DNA of 62,886 bases, counting the filler, from Kipferlia bialata (taxonomy: Eukaryota): NCBI GenBank assembly GCA_003568945.1. It is 4 parts of 4 records of this genome, joined end to end, with 100 filler letters (N's around TTAATTAATTAA, not from the genome) between each part and the next. Parts side by side here need not be neighbours in the genome. Positions count along the whole stretch, not along the records: positions 1 to 22,857 come from BDIP01000015.1; positions 22,958 to 37,820 come from BDIP01000021.1; 2 more parts are not named here. One strand, 5' to 3'. Position numbers and translations under genes: made by a program. The stretch's first letter is position 1. Each line of letters starts with the position of its first letter. Of this stretch, positions 14,761-26,382 are shown in pieces. The notes below the pieces were generated by a model that worked only from the letters and a program-made list of their open reading frames with translations, was not told the origin of the DNA and searched no databases.

Positions 14761-15159
14761 GTTCTGCCTTATCCTTGGTCTCCCTGTACATCTGGAACTG
14801 GGGGGTTAGATACGTATTCATATATATATATATATATATGTATGTATAAAGAATATACAGAGAGAGTATGTTTAGGGTATACAATGACTTACCTTTGGTC
14901 TCCCTGTACATCTGGAACTGGGGGGTGAGATAGATATGTATCATATAGCATGACATTATCCATCATACATACATGTGGGTGTATGTGTAAAGGATGTATA
15001 TCAATAATATGTGTGCTAACATGAAACAATATATAATACGTGTCATAAATACCTGAGTGAACAGGACAACGTCGACCAGACAGAAGTATATCTATTTACA
15101 CACTATATATATATGCATACATATATTCGGTATACAATTATTCTATATATACATATGGC

Positions 15160-15190
<31 letters not shown>

Positions 15191-15626
15191 CTGAGTGAAC
15201 AGGACCACATCCACCAGACAGAAGTAGATGCCGCTGATGCTGGGGGTGAGAGGCACAGATAGGAGGTGGGGGAGGCACACTTAGGGGGTGAGTGACATAC
15301 ATAGGGGTAGGGAGGCATAGATAGTGGGGGAAGGATAGCATAGAAGTCAGAGACAGATAAATTGATATATGATAGGGTAAGACATGAAAGGGCGGATAGA
15401 GATGGGTTATGGGTAAGGGGGTCAATGTATACTCAATAATATCCAGAAAGTCACCACTTTACCACTCATTATGGGAACACACCAAGGCATGGTCTAATAT
15501 ATATTCATCACTTTACCACTCATTATGGGAACACACCAACGCATAGTCTAATATATAATCTTCACTTTACCACTCACATCTGTGTTGGCAGGGCATTGGT
15601 CAGGATGGCACCTGAATGTGAGGGGC

Positions 15627-15665
<39 letters not shown>

Positions 15666-15937
15666 AAAAGGCATTGGTCAGGATGGCACCTGGTGGTAAG
15701 AGAAAGGGGAGAGAGTGAGTGGCGAGAGAGAATGAGGGAATAGGGTTAGGAGAGGGTGATATTGAGAAATGAACAACTCTATGAGATGGAGTTGAGAAGG
15801 AAAGACCGGAAGAAGAGAGAGAGAGATGCGACACTCACCTAGACAGTTTGTGACATCCCCAATGATCCAGTTGATGAGGAAGGCATAGGATATGGAGGAG
15901 ACGCTCTGCAGCCTAGGGATTAGTTGATAGGGGGGGG

Positions 15938-15982
<45 letters not shown>

Positions 15983-16937
15983 AGGCATAGGATATGGAGG
16001 AGACGCTCTGAAGTCTGGGATCAGAAGATACACACTATGAGCACACATAGGATGGGAGGGGGGGGGGGGGCAACAGAGAGAGGGGACTGCATAAGATATA
16101 GAGAAGACACACACTCTGAAGCCAAATGGTAAGCAGTGTACTGCAATGTAGACGAGTGGAGAGAAGGGGAGTGGAGGGTGTAGAATGTGGATGAATAGTA
16201 CTACTCATGTAGATATATAATGTGGGGTTGGGCGTAGAGGGGGGGGGGAGAGCGAGGGAGAACAAAGTAATATGAAGGATGAGGGCACAATGTCATGTCT
16301 AGGGGGAATAGATATATGTCATGAATGCATATACTAGGTATACGAGGAAGCAGACAACATAACAAAAGGACAGGAAAACGTCTTTCGGTCTAGGAGAATA
16401 CAGGCCCCACATTGTTATCGAGAGATAGAGAGAGCGAAGACTAAGTGTCCAAGGCTGGAAAGCTAGAGACAACGGTACGCAAGGGGGTGGAAGAGCTTGA
16501 AACAACAATGATTCGATGTGATAAATGTATGTATATGCTCCCTCTCACCTGTAGTTCTTGAGGATCTGTGGGAACTGTGCCACTATCCAGCACATGACTG
16601 ATAGCAGTCCACATGTGAAGGAGACTAGGTAGGCCACATTGCCAACCTGGGATGATATGACAGAGATTGCATAATACCTTTAGATATCTGTTAGTATATG
16701 TTGGAAGGGGGAGGGGGGGGATGTATACCAACCCAGTGACGCATACATGCTTGTATCTCAGTCAATATCCAGTAATGCGAGACATAAGAAGAGAGATCTC
16801 ACGAAGTCAGTGTGAATAAGAGTGAGAGTTATCCCTACTCCATCTACTGCGCATACCTCCACACATTGCCCCAGATACGTCAGCCACTCATAGTACTGTG
16901 CACCCCCACTGGTGTCACACTGCACCTGGCCCAGCAT
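14761..16937 (-). CDS. PQ-loop transporter (PQLC2/YPQ-like), N-terminal half only
   Basis: Spliced MLGQVQC...CVE / VGNVAYLVSFTCGLLSVMCWIVAQFPQILKNYR / LQSVSSISYAFLINWIIGDVTNCL / GAILTNALPTQI / ISGIYFCLVDVVLFTQ, which is a typical first PQ-loop repeat. No second repeat is seen before the poly-G tract at about 14565-14652. Confidence 0.85.
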
Positions 16938-17217
16938 ATAGGTTGAAGAGACGCATTGACGCACCGAGAAGATCAAACGCAAAGGTTCAGTGTATACCGG
17001 TATAAGTGGGATTCGAACCTGCGCACTCAATGAATAATAGAGTGTCGCAGCTAATACATATGTGTAACGCAAAAACTCCGATCGGATGCCGGTTCTCCGA
17101 TTCTTCTGTAGATTGGATTGATGGTCTCTTGTCCCCCGCCTTGGTAACCGCTGATCTCTCAAACACTACTGTTTGACCACATAATCCACCAGAGAGTAAC
17201 ATTGTGCAGATTTAGTG
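16938..17217. promoter_or_regulatory. 280-bp divergent intergenic region, probable bidirectional promoter
   Basis: Lies between ATG 16937 (-) and ATG 17218 (+); free of microsatellites. Confidence 0.4.
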
Positions 17218-20200
17218 ATGGAATCCGGATCTGGGCCAGTCATTCAGATGCCCAAACAAGACATCGATGCTTACATGGTATGCCCCCCCCCCCCTCCCTC
17301 TCTCTCTCTCTCTTACCATATCTAACATGTCCCTGATGTATTTGCTGTGTCTCACCCCAGGGCCCATCCTGTGGGAAGGTGAGGCTGCAGCCTTGCTCCA
17401 ACTTCTGCTCAATCCAACAGACAGCCCGCCAGTTCAGGGTGGTGCAGCTCTCTCACCCAGTCAAGTCAGTGAGCGAGGGGGAGAGGCCGAGTGAGATCAC
17501 TGGCATCAGCTGGGCACATGACAACCCCGGTGCATATGTTGTGGCATCACGTGCAGATGGATTCGAGGTATATATAGCAGTGCTCTGACTCAGAGTCAGA
17601 GTCTGACTCTATATTATGTGTGGACTCTATAATGTGCACAGAGTACATTAATACTCAGGACACATTATACTAGGGTTGCTGAGCACTTGCTCGCTTCTTG
17701 ACATTTCAAACAGATATAGTAAACTCAAGTATGATACCAGACTAGTATTACCAGTGGTATACATATTGGATCTCTAACTGAAACTCTGAAAACAGTCTCT
17801 CACGACACAGGTTGATGAGATATAGTAGAATGTATATAGCAATATATTACACGTATTCAAATATCCTAAGTCAATGCTTTTGATACCTCCTCACGACACA
17901 GGTTGGAAAGATACCGACCACTGAGGAACAACAGGAGTCCACGTACGTCCATTTATTGACAATATATAAAGTGTATACTTAACGGTATATGGATTGTACT
18001 GACACATGGCTCTCACTCTATATAGGGTTTCCTATCCACCTCAGTCATTTGGATGCGATGCCATTAGTATCACGTCGGTCAGAGTAATTATGTGTGTCCA
18101 GTATGACACTTCTTCTACATCAGATTGCAATGAGAACACACACACACCCATATACGTATATGAGCCTTCTGAATTACAGTTTAAAGACCATATATACAGA
18201 CTCATATAGAGTGTTTGTGTATAGAGTGTACCATTAATGACTCCAGTCCTACATTCACCCTCCCTGACGATCCCGAGATTGTCTGTATTGAGCACCATCC
18301 ATCCATCCCCAACTGTGTGCTTGTGGCTGGAGGGGACGCTGAAGTGTATTCCATTGACACTGTCAGTGGTGCTTGCGTCGGTCTTCACAAGGCAGATCAT
18401 CCAGGTATACTACGCATAAGACATCTACGATATACGTACAGGAACACTATACCATACTATACAATGTGTACAAGTCATAAATTTCAGGTATACAATGTGT
18501 ACCGTATATATGTAATACACTTGCTTTGTACCACCTTCCATGTATCATTTCTTGCATGAGTTCTCCCCTCCGCTCACCCTAGTTGTGGAGCTTGTCCTGT
18601 CCACTGCGACAGAGTCCAGTCCTCTCAGAGTATGCATTCTCTCAGGCACACACGTACTCAGTCTCTTGAAGGTGTGTCTCAAGGGTCCTGTCGATCAGGA
18701 GGGCATAGTGGAAGTGTATCCAGGGATGCATTCTCGTGACAAGACCCCCTGTACCGCAGCTGTGTTTGATCCTGAGAATAGGTATGAGACTGTATGTATA
18801 CATGTGATAGTATACTCGATACATACTATAGAATATATATGCCTCATAGAATGCTTGTGTCTGCATACTCTATATACACTTCAAGTAAGTTACTTGAAGA
18901 TCAAGTAACACTATTGGAGTGACAACAGTGTTCTGCAAATTCCAGTAGGTATCTGAGTGGTTGTGTCTGTACTCACTATATGACCCCAGTGACAGACTGC
19001 TGCTTGGATTTGGGGCCCATGTGGCCTCTTTTGACATTCGAACCGAGCCCTGGGTTGCACTGCATGAGAACACACTGTCAGAGGCTGAGGTAACTCCATG
19101 CATATACATGCTACACAATGCTGTGTGCCTCCACAGCTGTTAGGAACACAACGTTTTGCATGTTACCCGTTCTGTTGTAATAGTTGAAATCGTTCCCTCT
19201 CTCTATCTGGTTCAATCAGCAGGGAATGTTCTGATACTCATCCACAGGCTACTGTCACCGGAATATCCTTCTTTCCGGGTTCCCACGGACAGTTCGTTAC
19301 ATGTGACAGTGGTACGCTGGTACTGAGCAAAGACACCCCTATATGATAGGTATATGTACAACTATATCCGACTCACCCTAGCTGGCAACGTCAGTCTTGG
19401 CCATGTTGACACGGCAGGGACACTGGAGCATGTATACCACTCCAAGACACCCCTAAAGGTATTTGCCCCAATATATACACATTTATAGTATGTTGCATAA
19501 TAGATGATACACTTGTGTATATATCCACATACCATATCTCACTCAGTACGTGGTGGCCCTCCCCTCCCACTGCTGCTGTAACCCAGCTGAGTGTGGGGGC
19601 ACCGCCTCTCTCTCCCAGTCCCCCACCCTACTGTGCTCCCACAGTATGCTTCTGACACACACAGATGGCGCAGTGGAAGTCTACTGTGGCCGCCAGAACA
19701 AGGTAACATACACGCCTATTCTATGTATGTAACGGTACCTGACACGATCTCAAACCAGGCCACTCCCATTGAGACAAGAGCAAGCGAGTTCAGGAAGATA
19801 TGGTCGGGTCCTGTCCGCCTCGATCCGTCCGTCCTATCGTATTTCGCTGCTTCTGCCTGTGTAAAGACAACGCCTGTCAAGGACGGACACGGGACTGGCA
19901 CCCTACCCAATGGTGCACGGGCTACTGGCACCTGGAAGAGTGGCCTACTGCAGGGTCAGGGATCGTGTACAAGACTGGATGGTTCCACATACGTTGGCAA
20001 CTATGTCGACAGCCGGGAGTGCGGACAGGGCACCATGACCTACCGCTGTGGTTCAGTGTACACGGGTGAGTGGAAGGACGGGGTGAGAAGTGGACGTGGC
20101 AAGACGGACTGGGGGAATGGGTGTGTGTATGAGGGAGAGTGGGCCAAGAACGTCATGTGGGGACAGGGACGGCTTACATACCCCACCGGCTGTATATATG

Positions 20201-21097
20201 AGGGAGCGTGGAAGGGCAACAAACAGCATGGGATAGGAAGACTGACATTCGAGAACGGAGACTACGTGGTGGGAGAGTGGAAGAACGGAGAATTTAGTGG
20301 CCCGGTCGACAGTGGAGATATGTCTCCACGCATTCGGGCGCTAGACAACACCACTCTTGAGACCATAGTAGTGGATCAGATCAACCTACCCTTCGGAGCG
20401 AGCCTCGGTGACCTCTCTGACAAGCACGGGCCTATGAGCATTGAGCCCCTCCACACCTATGTCCTCTACATGCCTGATATGGGAGAGACACGCCTGGCCC
20501 AGTTCTGCGAGTCCCTGCGCTCTCTCTCTCTCTCTGTCCTTGACCTGAGCACCGTCAAGAACCCCAGTGCTCTCAAGAGGGAGATGGCCAAGGGCCCCCA
20601 GGTGGTGGTGTCTCCCCACTATGTGATCAAGGCGAGACCTGGGTTAAAGATGCACAAGGTGCACATGGGGGTGTGGAGGGGCATGGTGAAGAGAGGGGTG
20701 ACTCCCAGGGTGTTCATGTGTCTGGAAGAGGTATAATGCTGGTACCAATAGTATTGTGTCCAATGTGGTGCTCATAGTGTAATATATATCCTATTTGCTA
20801 ACCCCCAGGCCCGTGTTAGAGAGTATGAGCAGCAGACTCGTGACAAGTACACCGACCTAGCCACCATAGTCAAGGAGCACTACGTGGACAAGGTGGCTCA
20901 GGAGACACAGGCAGAGATCAGAGAGAGAGGTGAGGGAGTAAAATTTGTCACCATTGGTCACACCAACCTATTCTATCTGTTTGGATATCCATATATACTA
21001 TAAGTTGTATATTGCACTGACCCCAGGTGACACCCTGCAGTGCATCCCACTGAACAGGTACTTCCAGGAGGTATGGCCTAGTACCATTGGGAAGTGA
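17218..21097 (+). CDS. Protein with WD40-like N-terminal region and MORN repeats
   Basis: Exons EITGISWAHDNPGAYVVASRADGFE, EIVCIEHHPSIPNCVLVAGGDAEVYSID and VTGISFFPGSHGQFVTCDS are WD40-like. A large exon at about 19759-20730 has repeated Y-x-G-x-W-x-x-G-x-x-x-G-x-G MORN motifs. Final exon GDTLQC...TIGK* is tentative. Confidence 0.75.
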
Positions 21098-21484
21098 GGA
21101 AGGGGTGGGAGTCCCACTGGGACAACTTAGACCACAAGTACTCGTTGCCATACTTATCAAGTGATATTTAATCACTGACTTGCGAAGACTGGATCGTTTC
21201 TCCGCACCCATGAACACATGAATAGACAAGACTCTTGTCACGAGAGTATATGTGGAGTAATAATTACTCAGTAATACCAATGCATAAGTGGATAATTAGC
21301 CGTCACGCTTCTGAGACGAATTAGACCCATCAAAGACTCACGAACTGCATCTATAACCTAAACACTCGACACCCAACCATTGTGGAAACAACTAAAAGAA
21401 CATACAAAACAGACACACAAAGAACATCTCGATACATCTCCCTGGTGGAAACAATCTCTCTCTCTCTCTCTTTCCACTTGACGT

Positions 21485-22716
21485 TCACCGCCTGGTGAGT
21501 GCAGAGAGACTGCCTCCCATGCTGTCTCCCTTGGGGTTAGATGGAATATTCATCGTTGTATAGTACAATAAGGATACATATATACTGGTGTGATATTGAT
21601 ATATAAACATAAATGTGTGTGTGTATGTGTGTATGTAGTGCAGAGAGGCTGCCTCCCATGCTGTCTCCCTAGGGGTTAGAAGGAAGAGAATGATACAAAT
21701 CAGTATATGGTACGCTATATACATAGACACTATATAAACACTATATAAACATATCTAGTGCAGAGAGACTGCCTCCCATGTCTCCCAAGGGGTTAGAACA
21801 GTGTATAATTGTATACTATACATGCAATATGCAGTATACGTAGTATGTAGTATGTAGTATGTAGAGTAGAAAACGATAATAATGTACAAAACAAATGGGT
21901 AAGGCATGGAAATGGTGTGGTGATAATGAATCGTATCCACACAATTCAACCAAATATGTGTTACAAATACGTACACATATTCTGGATGTATGTATAATAT
22001 ACACACAGAAGATGCCATACCTTGTTGCCCTTCTTGGATGATGTCTTCTTGAGGGCACTGGGGGTGAGAGAGAGTAAGAGAGAATGGTAGAGAGAGACAG
22101 AGATGCCCCAGAACAATTACATATGTAGACGTAATAATACCATAGAGTATCATAAATGTAAAATATACTATCCATACCTAGATGTGAGGTGTCCAGCATA
22201 TGCCCTGTGGAATGACAGTTTGAGACTTCTCTAATCATACATGGACTATATACTGAAAATAATTCATAATAGCAATATTGGAAATGTACCTTGATGTGAG
22301 ATGTCCAGCGTATGCCCTGTGGAATGACAGCTTGTCAGACAGGGAGTCACGCTGGGAGGACAGCTCTCTGTGTTCCCTAGGGATAAGCAATAAATATAGA
22401 AAGAGAACTTGACGAACAGAGAGAGAGAGAGCGAGAGAGTCACACTAGTGATCCAAAGGAATAAGTGCTATACTATGCACTGCACAAAACTAGAGAGAAA
22501 TACACTCACTTCTTGAGATCACTGAGTAATACACTGAGTCCCGATGCCAGTTGGGCCAGTTCGTCTCTGTTGAGTATACATACATATATATACCACTATA
22601 TCTACTTACTTCTTCAAGTCACTCAATAGTACACTGAGTCCTGATGCCAACTGTGCCAGTTCGTCTCTGTTGAGTCTATGGAGGTTGGAAGCAACGGGAC
22701 CTGGGGGCTCAAAGAC
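21485..22716 (-). CDS. 3' end of a hypothetical coiled-coil protein (truncated by contig end)
   Basis: Phase-consistent exons VFEPPGPVASNLHRLNRDELAQLASGLSVLLSDLK / KEHRELSSQRDSLSDKLSFHRAYAGHLTS / SALKKTSSKKGNK / GDSMGGSLSALTRR*. Confidence 0.7.
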
Positions 22717-22803
22717 CTGACAGTAAGTATATATATATACATAGAGAGAGAGAGAGAGGTTGGAGGCAACAGGGCCTGGGGGCTCAAAGACCTGAGGGTG
22801 AGC

Positions 22804-22857
<54 letters not shown>

Positions 22858-22957
22858 NNNNNNNNNNNNNNNNNNNNNNNNNNNNNNNNNNNNNNNNNNN
22901 NTTAATTAATTAANNNNNNNNNNNNNNNNNNNNNNNNNNNNNNNNNNNNNNNNNNNN
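22858..22957. other. Artificial contig linker
   Basis: N44-TTAATTAATTAA-N44, with stops in all six frames. Confidence 0.98.
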
Positions 22958-22979
22958 AACATGCTCAATCTATTACTAT

Positions 22980-23805
22980 CTAGTCTGTCATATCCTCCAT
23001 CTCCTGCTCAGCTGCCTTCTCAGCGGCCTCCTTGGCCTCCCTGGCCTTGCGTCTATCAGTGTTAGCAAGCCTGACATTGCCCTTGGCGGTCAAGGGGGCC
23101 AGCTCGTAGACCTCCTTACGGCGGATCTTGGTGGACTGGGGGGAAGCGACTGCCTCCGCATCCACCACCTCCCTAGCCAGCTGGTCAGCAATGGACTGCT
23201 TGACGGCGAGGGGGGAGGCCATAACCTGGAGCTGCAGGTCCTGGTAGCGCTTCTGGTCGAGGAGAGAGGGGGCGGCCTTGAACTTAGTCAGCATCTGCTT
23301 AACTACCTTGGTGTTGATGGGCACAGGAGGGACCTCCACGGACTCTGTCACATATATCACCTTGCACACGTGCTTGCAGGGGCAATAGCGGGCGGGGAAC
23401 TCCTGGCAAGTGAGTACGATACATATATATATATATATATAGACAGATACACATATAACATTATACTACTATATATAAATATATATGAATACACACTATA
23501 TATACAGAACACACGTACGTCAGTGTTGATCCTGTACTGGGGACAGGTGCACACGTAGTGGTCAGCCACCCAGGTCACCACGTAGTAGTCACCATTGACC
23601 CCGGAGGCCAGGACGTGGAACATTCCGTCTGCCAGCTTGATAACATAGGACTCAGGGATGGCCTTGCTCGACTGTACCATGCGATGACGCCATGCAGCCA
23701 ACCTAGAAGGTAGGTCCTGGCCGGTCATGGAGTTCATGGTATGCCTCTCTAGGACACGAGCGATCTCAAACATCACCTCCCGCATGAGTGTGGATATGCG
23801 CTGAC
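22980..23805 (-). CDS. SWIM zinc-finger protein, C-terminal part; Mutator (MULE) transposase-like
   Basis: Exons 23805-23519 and 23402-22980 splice to ...FHVLASGVNGDYYVVTWVADHYVCTCPQYRINTD|EFPARYCPCKHVCKV..., a CxC-xn-CxH SWIM motif in a typical MULE-like context. No DDE core is visible. Confidence 0.7.
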
Positions 23806-24239
23806 CTTGGGGTTAGTAGGGGGGGGGGGGGGGGGGGGGGAAAGGGGGGGGGGGGGGGGGGGGGGGGGGGTTCATAAGTGTGAATGGTCTGTTGTTAGGC
23901 TCACGGACGAGCACAGATACCATACCATTCTCCCTGTGTTCTCACTAGTTACTGCCACTAACCTTTGCCTCTGGCCACACTCCCAAACACAAACAGGTCA
24001 GCCATCTAGGCCGGAACCAATGCTCACAATGACAGTCTCAGCTGTCAGGCTGTCCCTAGACTACTGGTTCAGGTGACTCCAGACACGAGTAACAGCACAG
24101 GGGCTATACGCGGTCGTGCTTTGGAGAATTGGCAGCCACTGACACCCTTATTGGATTTTTGGGGAATTCACAAAGGGTTTAGTAAACAAAAAGACAGTCA
24201 CTAACCCTCTCTTCCAGGGAAGTAGCTGCGACAGCAAAG

Positions 24240-25816
24240 ATGGTGAGTGTTCTCTTATACGTTTGATTGGCTATATTAGTAGTCTATCCAATGTGTCAGT
24301 AGGAATATGTATCTGTGGGAATGTATGAAATGCGACAGTGGGAGTGTTAAGTGAGAGTGAGTGTGTTGTAGTTGCCTCTCTCCTATATACCCACTACTCT
24401 TTGCAGGGAGTGTTCATTACTCTATATTGGGACCCCAGTGTGTGGTCCTGTGAGGTGGTATCTTCCATTAGTCCCCCTCCCCGTCTCCCACTCATCTCTA
24501 AGATAGGGTAGTGTTGTCTCTCTCTCCCCCCTTCTCCCCTCCACCCCTCACCCCAGGGTAATGATGGCTGTAGCATGATGACGGACAGGCGGTTCCTGGT
24601 CAACGTCAGGCAGAGTGGGGAGAATGCTCTGCCAATTCAGGTGCGTGAGTGTCAATGGAGTGGATATATGTCATTCTTTCCCATTCTCACCCTTAGGATA
24701 AGGAGAGTATTAGACACGCCCGGTGGTGCTGCTGTTCGCTCACAGGTATGGCATGGCGACTGCATCTGGGACCCATCTTACATATTGTCATATAGTGTAT
24801 ATACTGTAGTGTATTGTATTGTACAGTATGCCTCCCACACCCCATCCCTCACTCCAGGCCAGGCCCTGACCAAGGGCCCAGTAGTGTGTGATCGGTTAGG
24901 ATCCCTATTCCTCCGGAAAGCACTGGTCGCTGCTCTTCTCTCCAAGGTACTACTGTTCTCTATCATACTGTCATACGCTTTACTCTCTGCGTTCCCATTC
25001 CCTTCCCCCCTCATCCCTCAGAACCTGCCCTCCCAGTACTCCCACATCAAGAAGTCCTCTGACTTCCTCAACATAGCCCCTGCCCCAGTCACATCCACTG
25101 GCAAGAAGGGGGCAAAGGCCGCCAAGGGTGGGTATCCATATATATATATATATGCTTGTCTGTCTATTCCCATAACTCTGACCCCCTGAACCAGATGTAT
25201 GTCCTCTCTCTCCTTCTCTCTCTCCACCTCCCTCACGCCCAGCCCCCCAGACCCTGCAGTGTGCCCTGTCTGGTGAGGCCATGACTGGGGTCCAGCCCTT
25301 TGTGGTGGTGGACCCATGCGGACACCTGCTGCAGGTATACATATATATGATCAGTATGTCTATATATATACTATGCACTATATACACACCCAATCTCACC
25401 CCAGCACGCTGCCTACGATGAGTGTGTCTCCCTGGTCGAGCCAGGCCAGAAGACCACCTGCCCCGTGTGCAATGTGCCTGTCAAGAGGGTGCAGGTGCTG
25501 TGCCCATCGGTCGGGGAGCTCGCAAAGATGAAGGTATATATATGTATATATGGTAGCTATATATTATTAGTGTATAGAGTGTCTAAGTACTTACGTCAGA
25601 CTGAGCTTGAGACTGAGCTCGCCCCAGCCAAGATATATATATATATATATCCAATATTGTATAATTATATATGTATATATATATGTTTATGCACCCCTGT
25701 GTATCTCTCACCCTCAGACTGAGCTTGAGGCTGAGCTTGCCCTTGCCAAGGAGGCCAAGAAGGCCCTGAAGGCTAAGAAGAAGGAGAAGAAGGCCAAGGG
25801 GGCTGCCAAGAAGTAG
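24240..25816 (+). CDS. RTF2: Replication termination factor 2 homolog
   Basis: Spliced M|GNDGCSMMTDRRFLVNVR..Q|DKESIRHARWCCCSLTG|QALTKGPVVCDRLGSLFLRKALVAALLSK|NLPSQYSHIKK...LQCALSGEAMTGVQPFVVVDPCGHLLQ|...CPVCNVPV, then a Lys-rich tail. Matches the Rtf2 MGxDGG start and RING-like motifs. Confidence 0.88.
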
Positions 25817-25914
25817 GGGTAAATATATCAGTGTGTATTATTAATGGCGGCGGGATGGGTTGACCAGTTATGCAGTGTTATGCAGTGTTATGCAGTGACG
25901 AAGGCCAAATGAGA

Positions 25915-26285
25915 CAGGGCTGTTATACGACCCGCACTACACCCTATATTCACAGCGGATGTCGTGTGGGTCGTGTGGGTGGTGGGTCGTGTTTTGGGTG
26001 CCGACCCGAGGGTACGATACTATATATGGGGATATGGGTAGTGGGAAGGCACGAGACTAGATTTTTCAAACCAACAGTGGCTTCTGGGAGGGCCTAGAAT
26101 GTCCCTATCCTCGTGTTCCACTCCTTTATATGCAGTGTCAGATTTGCTATCAGCGAGCCCGACAAAAACACAAAAGGGTTTAATACAAGTATAAGGCATT
26201 TGAGGGCCGACCCATTGGGTCGTGTTTAAGAATTACCGGGTGGTGGGTCGTGTTTTAGATATTTTGGAAAAACTTAACAGCCCTG
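25915..26285. mobile_element. Non-autonomous DNA transposon (MITE), 371 bp
   Basis: Perfect 11-bp TIRs CAGGGCTGTTA (25915-25925) and TAACAGCCCTG (26275-26285). Flanking direct repeat AATGAGA (25908-25914, 26286-26292). Multiple subterminal GGGTCGTGT motifs. Confidence 0.85.
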
Positions 26286-26382
26286 AATGAGACATCACCA
26301 GCGCCAAAAACACAAAAGGGTCACACTGATCCCAGATTCATTCTCTCTTGTCTCTTCATCAATCTGAGTGGTAGTGCATTCG

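Noticed and set aside
10872..16937. Apparent PQ-loop/thioredoxin fusion gene
   Set aside because: The junction is a poly-G/poly-A tract (about 14565-14652) like those at contig ends, and both proteins are incomplete there. A misjoin or collapse is more likely.
17004..17026. tRNA B-box-like GGTTCGAATCCC on the minus strand
   Set aside because: The T-stem pairs poorly and no acceptor, D or anticodon arms could be folded.
22858..22957. TTAATTAATTAA palindrome within N runs (also 37865-37876 and 56188-56199)
   Set aside because: Identical 100-nt artificial linkers; no synteny should be read across them.
26164..26321. AAAAACACAAAAGGGT present both inside and just outside the MITE
   Set aside because: Short and A-rich; no boundary role could be supported.
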